Assembly: GCA_032718475.1 (NCBI GenBank)
Contig: JAUCBJ010004385.1
Coordinates: 1 to 36,811 of the forward strand
DNA: 36,811 bases
Direction: 5' to 3'
Origin: Nemertoderma westbladi
Lineage: Eukaryota; Animalia; Xenacoelomorpha
The notes under the pieces were generated by a model, which had not been told where the DNA came from, did not search any database, and was given only the letters and a program-made list of their open reading frames with translations. Of this stretch, positions 13,801 through 24,490 are shown in pieces. How positions within the stretch are numbered: the first letter of the stretch is position 1; every line of letters begins with the position of its first letter. The position numbers and the translations under genes were made by a program.

Positions 13801-14834
13801 CTAGAGCGACTCATTAAAACCGTTGTAGAGCGACTCAGTAACTAACCATTCTAGAGCGACTCAATAAATAACCGTTCTAGAGCGACTCAGTAATTAACCG
13901 TTCTAGAGCGACTCTGTAACTAACCGTTCTAGACCGACTCAGTAACTAACCATTCTAGAGCGACTCAGTAACTAACCGTTCTAGAGCGACTCAGCAACTA
14001 ACCATTCTAGAGCGACTCAATAAATAACCGTTCTAGAGCGACTCAGTAACTAACCGTTCTAGAGCGACTCAGTAACTAACCATTCTAGAGCGACTCAGTA
14101 ACTAACCATTCTAGAGCGACTCACTAACTAACCGTTCTAGACCGACTCAGTAACTAACCGTTCTAGAGCGAGTCAGTAACTAACCGTTCTAGAGCGACTC
14201 AGTAACTAACCGTTCTAGACCGACTCAGTAACTAACCGTTCTAGAGCGACTCAGTAACTAACCGTTCTAGAGCGACTCAGTAACTAACCGTTCTAGAGCG
14301 ACTCAGTAACTAACCATTCTAGAGCGACTCAATAAATAACCGTTCTAGAGCGACTCAGTAACTAACCATTCTAGAGCGACTCAATAAATAACCGTTCTAG
14401 AGCGACTCAGTAACTAACCATTCTAGAGCGACTCAATAAATAACCGTTCTAGAGCGATTCAGTAACTAACCGTTCTAGAGCGACTCAGTAACTAACCGCT
14501 CTAGAGCGACTCAGTAATTAACCGTTCAAGAGCGACTCTGTAACTAACCGTTCTAGACCGACTCAGTAACTAACCGTTCTAGAGCGACTCAGTAACTAAC
14601 CGTTCTAGAGCGACTCACTAACTAACCGTTCTAGAGCGACTCAGTAACTAACCGTTCTAGAGCGACTCAGTAATTAACCGTTCTAGAGCGACTCAGTAAC
14701 TAACCGTTCTAGAGCGACTCACTAACTAACCGTTCTAGAGCGACTCAGTAACTAACCGTTCTAGAGCGACTCAGTAATTAACCGTTCTAGAGCGACTCAC
14801 TAACTAACCGTTCTAGAGCGACTCAGTAACTAAC
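10808..14834 (-). other. GT-AG phase-2 intron of the BET gene (4027 bp), mostly tandem array
   Basis: Donor CG|GTTAGT at 14835/14834 and acceptor TTTTAG|A at 10808/10807. Joining them restores the reading frame into the conserved CTM. Confidence 0.82.
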
Positions 14835-14845
14835 CGTTCTAGAGC
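11379..14845. repeat. 26-bp tandem array, ~133 copies; the unit is the BET exon/intron junction
   Basis: Plus-strand unit ACCGTTCTAGAGCGACTCAGTAACTA; sense-strand unit GCTCTAGAACG|GTTAGTTACTGAGTC. The first copy overlaps codons A-L-E-R of the coding exon. Confidence 0.97.
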
Positions 14846-17800
14846 TTCCATCTCCTCAGCTTCCCGCCGCTTCTCCGCCTCGAGTTTCAACCTTTCTTTC
14901 TCGTTGGCCTCGTGTTGCTGCTTCCGGACAACTTCCTGGAGTTTCAGAGTTTTTTCTCTCTCCTCCTTCTCTTTGGCCAACATTTTAAACTCCCTGAAAC
15001 TCGTGGAGGCGTTCTCCACGTTGGCGGTAGTGGAGGAGGTGGCTTTACTCTTGGCGTGCTTGGACCACGCGCTGAGGTTGGCCTTGATGTCGTCCCGCTC
15101 CTCTCCGTCCTCCTCTTCGTGGACTCCCTCCCCGTTGGGGAGCATTCCGATCCCGTAGGTGACGGCCGCCCCGACGTGGTTGCTCTCCGCCGCGTCGGGG
15201 TGCGGTTTGGCGGGGTTCGCCGACGATTTAACCGCGGTGTCGCTGCTCGCTGCGGCGGCGACTGGCGTCGACGTTCCGTGCGTGTAAACTTTCCCAAACA
15301 CGGGGGCACTGGGCGTCAGTGGGGGCGGCCCGTCGGGCGCGGGTTGGGCCGGCTTCCCAGGGGGCGGCGCGGTCGGCGGCCGCTTTATCGGCTTACCAGT
15401 TTGCCGCGGCGCCGCGGCGGGGTTGGGGGAATGCGTCGCGGGTTTCTTCACGCCTCCCGGGTGAACACCACGACCCCCCACGCCCCCTGGATGGACCCCC
15501 CGACTCCCCACGCCCCCCTCCAGACCGCCCGCCTTCCCTCCCAACGCGTTGTGCTTCGCCGGGTCGTCGGAATTACTGGAATCGCTGCCGCTCGACGAAC
15601 TCGAGTCCGAACTATCGCTATCCGAACTGCTCGACGAGTTACTCAGTTTACTTTCCGACTTCCGTTTAGTTTTCCGCGGCTTTTTACTCCCCATTTGCTC
15701 GAGTTTTTTCTCAACTTCTTTCTTCTGCATCGCCATTGCGACAGCTGCGACTTTATTAGCGACGACGCCGGGGTTCTTCTTGGTGTAGGGCTTCCGCGGT
15801 TTCTTCCGCAGACACGAGTGGACGTACTTCTCGAGTTCCCGGAGCGTCGAGGGTTTCAGCGTCTCGAAGTCGATCTCGATCTCGTCCGGGTTGGAATCCC
15901 GCAACGAGGGCTCCCGATTCTGGATTATGTGGACGACGCGGCCCAACTTGTCACCGGGCAGCTTGTTGATATCGAGACTGAGTTGCCGCTTCTCGTCGTA
16001 CGTCATCGGCTTCGCGAGGTCCTCCTCCTCGCTGTCAAACGCGCCGGACTTCTTCCGGCGGTAGGCGCGTTTAATTTGCTTCTTGGGCGGCGACGCGCCG
16101 ACCGCCACGCCGGGGGATTTCTTCTTGTGGACCGCGGCGGCCCCCCCGGAAGCCGATGGAGTCACGGCCGGTTTAGGTGTGGCCGTAGGGCCGTTGTTGG
16201 TCGGGGGTTTCGGCCTCGGCGGGGCGATCGGCCTTTCCTCCTTCGCGACGACAACCTGCTGTTTAACAACCGGGACGTCCGCTACCGGCGCTCCAACAAC
16301 CAAAGGTTTCTTCACCTTCTTCCGTCGCTTTTTCTTCCCTTTGGATTTATTATAAGCGGCGCTGATCTCCGCTATCTGGTTCATTAGGCTGTGCAACTGA
16401 CTCTGCAGTTTGGCTAGTTTCTGTTGCTTCTCGGTGTCTGAATCGCCGCTCTCCTCGCTACTGGAGTCCTCCTCATAGGAGCTCCCGGAGCTGACCGCCG
16501 TAGTCGCGGACTCTGTCGGGCCGACCGGCTGCGGCTCCGTCGCCGGCCGTTCCAACATCTTCGCGTATCGGATCTCGAATACCGCGGATAGCTGCTTGGC
16601 CATGGTGACGATCTCGTACTCCGGGGGGTTGTACTTGTAACAATTGTCGAACATCACCCGAACGTCGGCCGCGAATTCCGCCGGGGATTTATATTTACTT
16701 GAGTCGAGTTTCGATTTTATAGTTTTTAGATCCATCGGGTACTTTATTTTCTCGTGGTAATCCGTGAGGTTTAAGGCCTCGGCGTCCACGGGGTTATAGA
16801 AAGGCCACGCGTAGCGCGAGTGTTTCTTACTCTGGAGTTCCCGGCAGATATTGAGACAATCCTTCAACTGATCCTCCAGAGTTTTAGGTTTAACTTGTTT
16901 AACGATGGCGTGCGGCGTCGTCGATGTGGTGGAGAACTCCTTGAGGGGTTTCTTTATGAGACGAGGCGATCGGGCTGTGACGGGGGAGCTGGTCGGATCG
17001 ACGGATATCGATAGAGGCGTTACAGGGATCCCGGAGGGAGTCAACGAGAAGCTCTCGGGAACCTCCGGGTTGGGGGTCGTCGTGTCCGCTTTGCGTTTGA
17101 TTCCTTTCTTCGGTTTGGATGGAAGTCGAGGTCGCGGCATCATCGGGAAGCCGGTCGGCATGTTGGTGGAGGTGACGTTGTACTGCGGGAGCGACGGCTT
17201 GGGGACTTTGGGCGGTTCCGAGACTGCGATTGTGGGTGTGGCGAAGGCGTGGCTCGCTACCGGTGCAGATACGGACTGCGTCACTGCGGGAGTCGGCGTC
17301 GCCGAGGGTTTCTTACTCACCGGAGCCGGTACAACCACCGGAGGCTTCGCTTTCGCTACTGGTTTCTTTTTCTTCGGACTGGCCCCCGGCAAAGGAAACT
17401 TGCTTCTTCTAGAAACTGAACTGCGTTTTCTAATGTTTTTTAACGGGATCGGGACTTCAAACTCATCCGATGGCATCGCCGATAACTTAGATAAGAACGC
17501 TTTCTCCAAGGACTGCGCCATTAGAACAACGTCTTCCCCAGGTTTGTTATACAAATAACAGTTCGAGAACATGAGGTTGAAGTCAGCTATACATTCCTTG
17601 GCGGAAGTGTAATAATTAGTTTCAAGACGTTCCTTTATTGTGCCGAGATCAATCGGGGTTTTTATAAGATCGAAGTAATCGTGAAGACCAAGACCTTCCG
17701 TGTCTACAGGAACATGGAACGGCCAGGCAAATTGTTCCTTCCAAACTGACGGCATAACAGTTTTCTGTAAGTATTGCAGCTGATTTGTACTCATTTTGGG

Positions 17801-17947
17801 TTTGGGAGTGGGTACTAAAGAGTCATTATCGTCGTACTGTGACCGACTTGTAGGGGTATCTGTCGTTGATGTGGGTTCTGACCCCGAATACCCATGTGTG
17901 GCATCACCCCCAAGGTTGTTCCCGTTATGAGTATCGAAACTGCTCAT
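14835..17947 (-). CDS. BRD4: BET-family protein (BRD2/3/4/T, fs(1)h-like), main coding exon: BD1, BD2, ET domain, Ser/Asp-rich tract, Pro-rich region, start of C-terminal domain
   Basis: BD1 (TNQLQYL...FAWPFH.PVD...[16 protein letters not shown]), motif [15 protein letters not shown]2 ([15 protein letters not shown]...NCYKYNPP), and ET domain ([62 protein letters not shown]). The last 6 aa of the track ORF (LVTESL) are intron read-through. The symbol denotes family likeness, not proven orthology. Confidence 0.95.
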
Positions 17948-18124
17948 CGTTATAGTCCAGAAACAACCAAATTAACATTAAATTAATTCACGAATATAAA
18001 AAGCAAATTAGCAGCGGATCAGTACGGTAGGCAGATAGGCCTATGTAATGGCATCAATGTACAGCTGTAGTGTATATATATAACTATATGTGTTGGCAGG
18101 TAGACCTAAGGCTAAAGGTGTAGA

Positions 18125-18583
18125 TGTAGAAGTTAATTTAATGACGCATAAAAAGTATGAGAATGAGACATTATATGAATGAGTAAGCCTACTGAACTGA
18201 GTATCCAAAGCGGTATACATACAGGTATATGGATAATCAGAGAAGTCTACCATATGTATTACAGATACAGAACCAGAGAAATTTGTAAACCACCCTCTCC
18301 CGCCTCATATCATAATGACACTCATCTTCATACAGTCATATCTAATATAAAATGTGATAAATATGTAATAAGATAATAATAACATATATCTGACCGAATA
18401 ACATAACTCTGACTGACACCGTACTACTGTACTATCATACCTACTAGTCTACATCAGGTAGCATGTCCTACCGGTACATAATAATATATATAACTGACTG
18501 ACAGACTCCAAATACTGTAGTTCCCGGTAATCCTCATTCACTCCCGTCACCACATACAGTACTAGAACGTAAGAGTCTCTACA
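18125..18583 (-). repeat. Probable 3' LTR of the Gypsy element (~460 bp)
   Basis: On the minus strand it follows the polypurine tract GGGGGGGA (18593-18586). Begins TGTAGA and ends TCTACA (18125, or 18119 as an alternative), with ATTAAA shortly before the end. No second LTR is available to confirm limits. Confidence 0.6.
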
Positions 18584-18746
18584 CATCCCCCCCGCTTTGC
18601 AAACAAGCCCTGGCCTCAGGGCGACGTCGAGTATAATTCCTTTTATCTCCAGTAAATTATGTATTTTCGATCTCTGGTTTGCAATGTCTTAGCCGCTCAA
18701 TTGCAACTAACTGGGGACTTTCATCTGGACGGTCAACCAAGCGAAT

Positions 18747-19937
18747 TTAAGCATTATTCCATGTGACCTTTAATAAACGATAAGGACCATGGAATGGCCG
18801 ACCGAATTTATGTAATTTTCCTTTCACTGTATCTGGACGGTATAAAAATACCCTGTCTCCAACGTTATATTTAATTGGTTGAGTTCTCTTTGTCATATTG
18901 CTTCTTATATTGGTCTTGTTTCTTTTCAAAGTTTTCCCGTGCAAGTTCCCATGCAAATGTAAGGTTCGCGGCTAGTTCAGTTTTATAATCATCCAAATCT
19001 ATTTGGTAAATAGTTTTTGGGGAATTCAGAGTTGTTTCTGTTGGTAATCTAGCATCTCTCCCGTAGAGTAAGTAAAAAGGTGACTCCTTTGAAGAACTAT
19101 ACTCCGAAGTTCGATAAGCAAATAATAAGCAAGATAAATCATCATCCCAATCCGTTTCATGTCAATCCAAAGTTTTCGAAAGCATGGATAACAATGTTCG
19201 ATTAAATCTCTCTACTAAACCGTCTGTCTGGGGATGATAAGCGCTGGTGTTGATCTTTTGCATTCCACATAATTTACACACATTTGTAAATACTTAAAAG
19301 TTTGTAAAACTTTGTAAATACTTAAAATAAAAAGTTTGCTCCCCGATCTGAAAGAACCTTCCATGGAACACTACAGCACTATGACGAGATATATAATCAA
19401 CAAAACAACAGCAATTGTTGTTGCACTTTCATCTTGTAATGCATAGGCCTCAACCCATTTCGTCAAGTAATCACTGATTATTGCACAATATCTATTTCCA
19501 CTCTGGGTTAATGGGAGCGAAAGTATATCAATTGCCACTCGATCGAATGGTCCCTCTACTTGTAAGGGCATTAATGGCGGTTTATTTGCACATCCCGGAT
19601 TCCGAGTAGCACATTTCAAGCATGAATGAGTCCATTTGAAAATATCCTTTCGCATTTTTGGCCACCAATATTGTAATTTTAGTATAGACCATAGATCTGA
19701 TAAATGTCCCCCAAACCGTCCTCCATGTACTCCCGACCATATTTTATGCCTCCAACGTTCTGGTACTGCCAAACGAGGTTGGCCTGATTTTCCAACATCA
19801 TCAAATTTATAAAGCAATCCATCTATTACTGCTGTCGAGTTTCTTTCAGTTGACAATTGGCGAAATAAATCTTCATAATCAGGTAATGCATCCATTTGAT
19901 GATAGTCAATTAATGCTTTATATAAAGGGTCTACCAA
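18747..19937 (-). pseudogene. Gypsy integrase remnant
   Basis: H...GH...WWPKMRKDI...C..C zinc finger, rve core start, and GPY/F module, split across frameshifted ORFs. Confidence 0.88.
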
Positions 19938-20187
19938 TTGTAGACTTTGTATAACATATGTCTCTCCCTTTAAGTTGTTTCAATATCCGACTTTATCTCT
20001 GCCTCTTCTTTTGATTCAGATAAACTCTCAGGCCTGTCGTTAAAAGTGGTACAAGTTCCGTGCATTCGAGATAAAACATCTGCATTCGCATTAGCTTTAC
20101 CTGGTCAATGGAAAACATTCTCGGGCGAAATATAATCAGTAAGATCTATCACCCAACGTGCCAATTGGCCTTTTAATTCATGGCGAC

Positions 20188-23100
20188 TAGACCGATCCGA
20201 AAATATTCAAATTGAGATACAGAGAAGACTTGTCAGCTTAATTGGTTCTATTTCCCATAATATTAAGTTGTGCCAAGTATGGAATCATAATGTTGAACAT
20301 GCAAGCTACTGGAGCTAAATGAATTTTTGACTTATCGCAAAATTTATCGCCCGATGAGCTTGAGCGCGGTTAAGGGACAGTTTTCATGGAATGCATTAGA
20401 TTTGAAAAATACTGATAACATCACGTTTGTCATATGTTTATCTTTAATTTGAATGGCTGCTTTAGGGTACTGTACTGTACAGTTGTAGTAATGTAATACC
20501 TGTAGGCCTATACAAATGACACTACATGACGCCTATACTGCGCTACTGCACTTCTGATCCACTCTTGCATTTTGGATGTTCTGCATTCCACTGTCCTACC
20601 TACCGGTACCGGTAGGCCTACCCTAAAACACAGGCCTTTGTACTATCTTCTACTGATGTAGCCTACTACATACAGTAGGTTTAGTGAGTGATATTCAGTT
20701 TCTACAGTACTGTACCGGTAGCCTATTATCCAATTATCGAATTTTGAGTTATATATTATAAGGTATAGATTATAATACAATGGCAAGTTGCTACAGTACA
20801 CGGAAACAACGATCTGAATATCTCCTGATTGGAAAGAGCCTTGATAGTAATTTTCGAAATTGCCATTTACCATTTAACATTTCTGTTCTTCAAAAAATGG
20901 TCTATTTTTGTCGAGAGGAAGGTATTCCCAAGAATAAGTCAGCTGGATTAGTCGCATCAGAAATCCGGAAAATATGGGTGGAGGCAGGTTCTATGTACTA
21001 TCATAATGAATTGAATGTCCTTGACAAGGTAAGAAAGCTGTATGAGAGGTGGCTTTCAATTGATAAACAACCACCTGAATGTAGAAAAACTGGCAAAACA
21101 TTGGAAAGGATAAATAAATTGTCTGAAGAGATGAACAAGCTATTTGATATTTCTGTTAAGAAACACGATGGTATGCTGCTGCCTGAAGAACGTGAATGGA
21201 TTCAAAAACTTAGACAGGGAGAAGATCTACCATTTCTGAAATCAAGGGATTTGAAATACGAAGAGGAAGCTATGAAACAAAAAGACAAACTGGACCGTAA
21301 ACTTGACAGGGAACGGAAAGAAATGCTTAGAAAGCAAAATGACTTGGACAAAATTGTTGAACTTGATATGTCGAGGTCTGCTTCAGAGGATGATAGTACT
21401 GACTCTGATGTTGACTATCTTCCACCATCTTCAGCAACATCAAGCAAGAGGTGTGCCTCAGTGCAACTGATGATGCCACGGAACATAATGAATGACCAGA
21501 CAGTAGCTCAGACTGCTGATCGCATTGGAATTTCATCTGGAGCTGCAACAGCCTACACTGCAGCAATTATCAAGGCCAGTGGAGGTAATCTAGATCAGGT
21601 CACACTCAGCAAAAGTAGCACACGAAGTGGCCGGTCAGCATCTCGAGCAGCAAGGGCCAAATATATCAAGGACTCCTTTGATCCTGGAGAACACAAAATT
21701 GCAGTCCACTGGGATGGGAAAAAAATGGCTCATCTGAAATGCTCCCTTACAGATGTTGATCGATGTGTTGTAGCCATAACTGGCAGTGGTATCCCAAATG
21801 CTGATGGCAGCACAAAGTACACAAAACTGTTGGGAATTGGAGCTGCAAGTACTAGTTCCTCTCGGGACATTACTTCAATAGTACAACGTTACATTTCTGA
21901 ATGGAATATCAAAGCCTTGGTAGCATTTCTTGTCTTTGACACGACTAATTCTAATTCTGGTTGGCTGGATGGCACCTGTGTACAGCTGGAGAAGTGGTTA
22001 GATCGGCGAGTGATATGGCTTGCCTGCCGCCACCACATTGGGGAGGTTATAGTCAGTGCAGTACACAGCCTGGTATTTGGTGCAACCAGTGGCCCTAGTC
22101 CCCGATTCCATGGTAGACTACGAGAACAATGGATAGCCCTAGATCTAACAAAGGGTCAATGTCTACCTGATACTGATAAATATGTCCAGGAAAGACATGA
22201 CCTTAAGGAACTGTTGGGCACTATTAACTGCCGTGCCGATTATCGAGAACTTCTTGTACTTGCCATTTTTCTACTTGGTGGGGAATACCCACATACATTC
22301 TATCAGCCTGGTGCTGATTCCAACGCCAGGTGGATGGCCAGCCTGATGTATGCTTTTAAATTATATATATTCAGAGGTCAACTTCACCAGAAGACACAAG
22401 GTAGTATCCATCTTGAGCAGCGACTTGAGCGCTTTGTTCAGTTTGTTGCCAGCACATATGTTGGATGGTGGATACGGTGTCCAGTGCTAGTGGATGCTCC
22501 CAGAAATGATTTGGAGTTATATTTCAGGGCACTGAATTTATCTGATGTTGAACTGGGACAAGTGGTAATAAAGAAACTAACTGGCCATCTGTGGTACCTG
22601 AGGCAGGAAGTGGTACCTGTTAGTCTGGCAAATGATCGGGTCTCCAATGAACAAAAGGAGAGGATTGCTATTGCGATGCTCGAAGCTAAACCAAATGATG
22701 ATCGACGGGATCTTTCTGTGGCAGCAGTGGTCAAGAAAGGAACCAAGATTAGTCGTGAGGTTCCACCAAACAATGTAAACCTGAACAATGGCACAACTTT
22801 GGAGGATCTCATTGGCCCTGATTCATGGCTAATGCCCCAGTTGTTGGGGTTGTCATTTGATTGGTTACACCAAAAACCAGCAACTTGGGTACTATATGAT
22901 GATTACAATCAATTTTGTTGTATTATCAATGACAAGGATCCCGTGAATGACCTGTCAGAAAGACTTATCCGTACCCAGGCAATTTACAATGGACTCCTTA
23001 CTAAGGATGAGAAGGAACATCAAGCTGTACTACAAGTCGTTGAAGACAGTCGCAAGAAAGTTCCAGATTTTCAAAAGCGTACTCTCAAGGAAAGACTCTG

Positions 23101-23613
23101 ATGGACCTAGTATAGAAACATATACTGAAATTAATACAGTACTAACTTTGTTGAGTTGATTAGATCATAGGTACTATTCTAATAATTGTTCTGATATCTG
23201 TTGCATTGTATTTTCTATGTTTTATATACCAGTCCTGCCAAGAATTAAGTAGTGCTTTCAGAGTTATATACTGGGCGATATGCGATATATGAAATTGCGT
23301 TATTATGATATATTAGTAATAGTTTAAAAAGTTACAAAAAGCATATATTCCAGCCATTCAAATGAAAGCTTATGGCATTATGATCACATTAGTAACATCA
23401 CATTTTTAAAAAAATGGAACCATAAAAAATTTATCGACTTCGCGATAAGCTATACCGGCGCTTGATCCAGTAAACTTTATTAACCCCCAGTAGCCCACAT
23501 GATAAAGTTATCACGAAACAGCTTATCATTTGGTGGTCAGTGACCAAATTGGAACAAATTTCATCAACAAGTCTTCATCATTTTGAAAAAAGTTAAAATT
23601 TCAGTGCAGTCTA
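20188..23613 (+). mobile_element. Full-length 3426-bp hAT-superfamily DNA transposon (possibly hATm-like)
   Basis: Perfect 8-bp TSD ATGGCGAC (20180-20187, 23614-23621). Imperfect TIRs: TAGACCGATCCGAAAAT versus TAGACTGCACTGAAATT (reverse complement of the right end). Removing it restores the Gypsy frame GLLLGRHELKGQLARW. Confidence 0.9.
20780..23101 (+). CDS. DDE transposase, 773 aa, uninterrupted
   Basis: Candidate catalytic residues in VHWDGK, VFDTT.SNSG and NDLSER. CxxH motif (ACRHH) after the second Asp and Trp motif ARWM. Lies between TIRs with an 8-bp TSD. Confidence 0.85.
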   Translation: MASCYSTRKQRSEYLLIGKSLDSNFRNCHLPFNISVLQKMVYFCREEGIPKNKSAGLVASEIRKIWVEAGSMYYHNELNVLDKVRKLYERWLSIDKQPPECRKTGKTLERINKLSEEMNKLFDISVKKHDGMLLPEEREWIQKLRQGEDLPFLKSRDLKYEEEAMKQKDKLDRKLDRERKEMLRKQNDLDKIVELDMSRSASEDDSTDSDVDYLPPSSATSSKRCASVQLMMPRNIMNDQTVAQTADRIGISSGAATAYTAAIIKASGGNLDQVTLSKSSTRSGRSASRAARAKYIKDSFDPGEHKIAVHWDGKKMAHLKCSLTDVDRCVVAITGSGIPNADGSTKYTKLLGIGAASTSSSRDITSIVQRYISEWNIKALVAFLVFDTTNSNSGWLDGTCVQLEKWLDRRVIWLACRHHIGEVIVSAVHSLVFGATSGPSPRFHGRLREQWIALDLTKGQCLPDTDKYVQERHDLKELLGTINCRADYRELLVLAIFLLGGEYPHTFYQPGADSNARWMASLMYAFKLYIFRGQLHQKTQGSIHLEQRLERFVQFVASTYVGWWIRCPVLVDAPRNDLELYFRALNLSDVELGQVVIKKLTGHLWYLRQEVVPVSLANDRVSNEQKERIAIAMLEAKPNDDRRDLSVAAVVKKGTKISREVPPNNVNLNNGTTLEDLIGPDSWLMPQLLGLSFDWLHQKPATWVLYDDYNQFCCIINDKDPVNDLSERLIRTQAIYNGLLTKDEKEHQAVLQVVEDSRKKVPDFQKRTLKERL

Positions 23614-23621
23614 ATGGCGAC

Positions 23622-24490
23622 CCAAAAGTAATCCTTTTATTGCTGCGTGATCTGTGTAAACCAATGTTGTTAAGGCTCTTCTTGTATAAATATGATTGAT
23701 TACAAGCCCATTTAAGTCCATATACCTCCAACTGAGTTGAAGTATATCGTTGTTGAGAGTTCGTCAGCTGTCTTGAAGCATATGCTATTGGTTGTAATTG
23801 ACCGTCATCATCAGCTATCTGGGATAAAACAGCCCCAAATCCGGTTTCACAAGCGTTAGTTTCTAAAATAAATGGTCTTGAATGATCTGGGTAACGCAAT
23901 ACTGGTGTAACCATTCTTTAAATTCACAAAAACTCAATCGTTGGTCTATCCCAAAGCAATAAGCCGTATTTTTCTTTAATAATGAGGTCAAAGGTCGGAC
24001 AATCTTTCCGTATCCTTCTATAAATTTTCGATAATAATTCGATAATCCCAGAAACGTCGAAGTTCCTTTAAATTCTTTGGTTTTGGAAAGTTTATGATTT
24101 TGTCTACAGTCTCTGGATTAGGAAGTAGTCGTTTCGTGTAACGATGTGTCCTAAAAACTTAATTTGAGATCTACCAAACTTGCACTTTCGAGTTCTCAGT
24201 TTTAAATTTGCCTCCCGTAGCTGATTTAATACTGCTGCCACATCTTCCAAGTGGCTATCGAAATCCGGTGAACAAACAAGTACATCATCTATATAGACAA
24301 AGCATGGTTTTCTTCCATTTACTACCACATCTTTAAGTATTTTCTCCATTGTTCTTTGAAACGTTGCTGGCATGCGTCCAAACGCTAAAACAATGAATTC
24401 ATAGAATCCCGCTGAACATGCAAATGCCGTTTTTGGAATAGCTTCCTCCGTTAGTGGAAGCTGCCAATATCCAGTAACAATATCCAGTAT
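23622..24490 (-). pseudogene. Gypsy reverse transcriptase / RNase H remnant
   Basis: YIDD catalytic motif, KTAF, PATFQRTM, KCKF, and RNase H N-terminal motifs; frameshifted. Confidence 0.9.

Larger units (their letters stand above)
18125..24490 (-). mobile_element. Degenerate Ty3/Gypsy LTR retrotransposon (RT, RNase H, integrase, 3' LTR); 5' half missing; interrupted by a hAT element
   Basis: Domain order RT-RH-IN. RT: LDIVTGYWQLPL, FVYIDDVLV, FLGHIV. RNase H: [45 protein letters not shown]. Integrase: HHCC zinc finger, PFDRVAIDIL, GPY/F motif (PFHGPYRL). Many stops and frameshifts. Confidence 0.92.

Noticed and set aside
11379-14834. Array of branch points (ACTAAC)
   Set aside because: ACTAAC is on the plus strand, antisense to the BET transcript; it is just the complement of the donor GTTAGT.
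11379-14845. CRISPR array
   Set aside because: Units are head-to-tail with no unique spacers, there are no cas genes, and the context is eukaryotic.
14904-17558. Plus-strand ORFs up to 491 aa overlapping the BET gene
   Set aside because: Antisense shadows of a GC-rich coding exon with no recognisable domains.
20780-23101. Host gene or domesticated transposase
   Set aside because: It sits inside TIRs and a perfect TSD within a dead retrotransposon, which points to a mobile copy.
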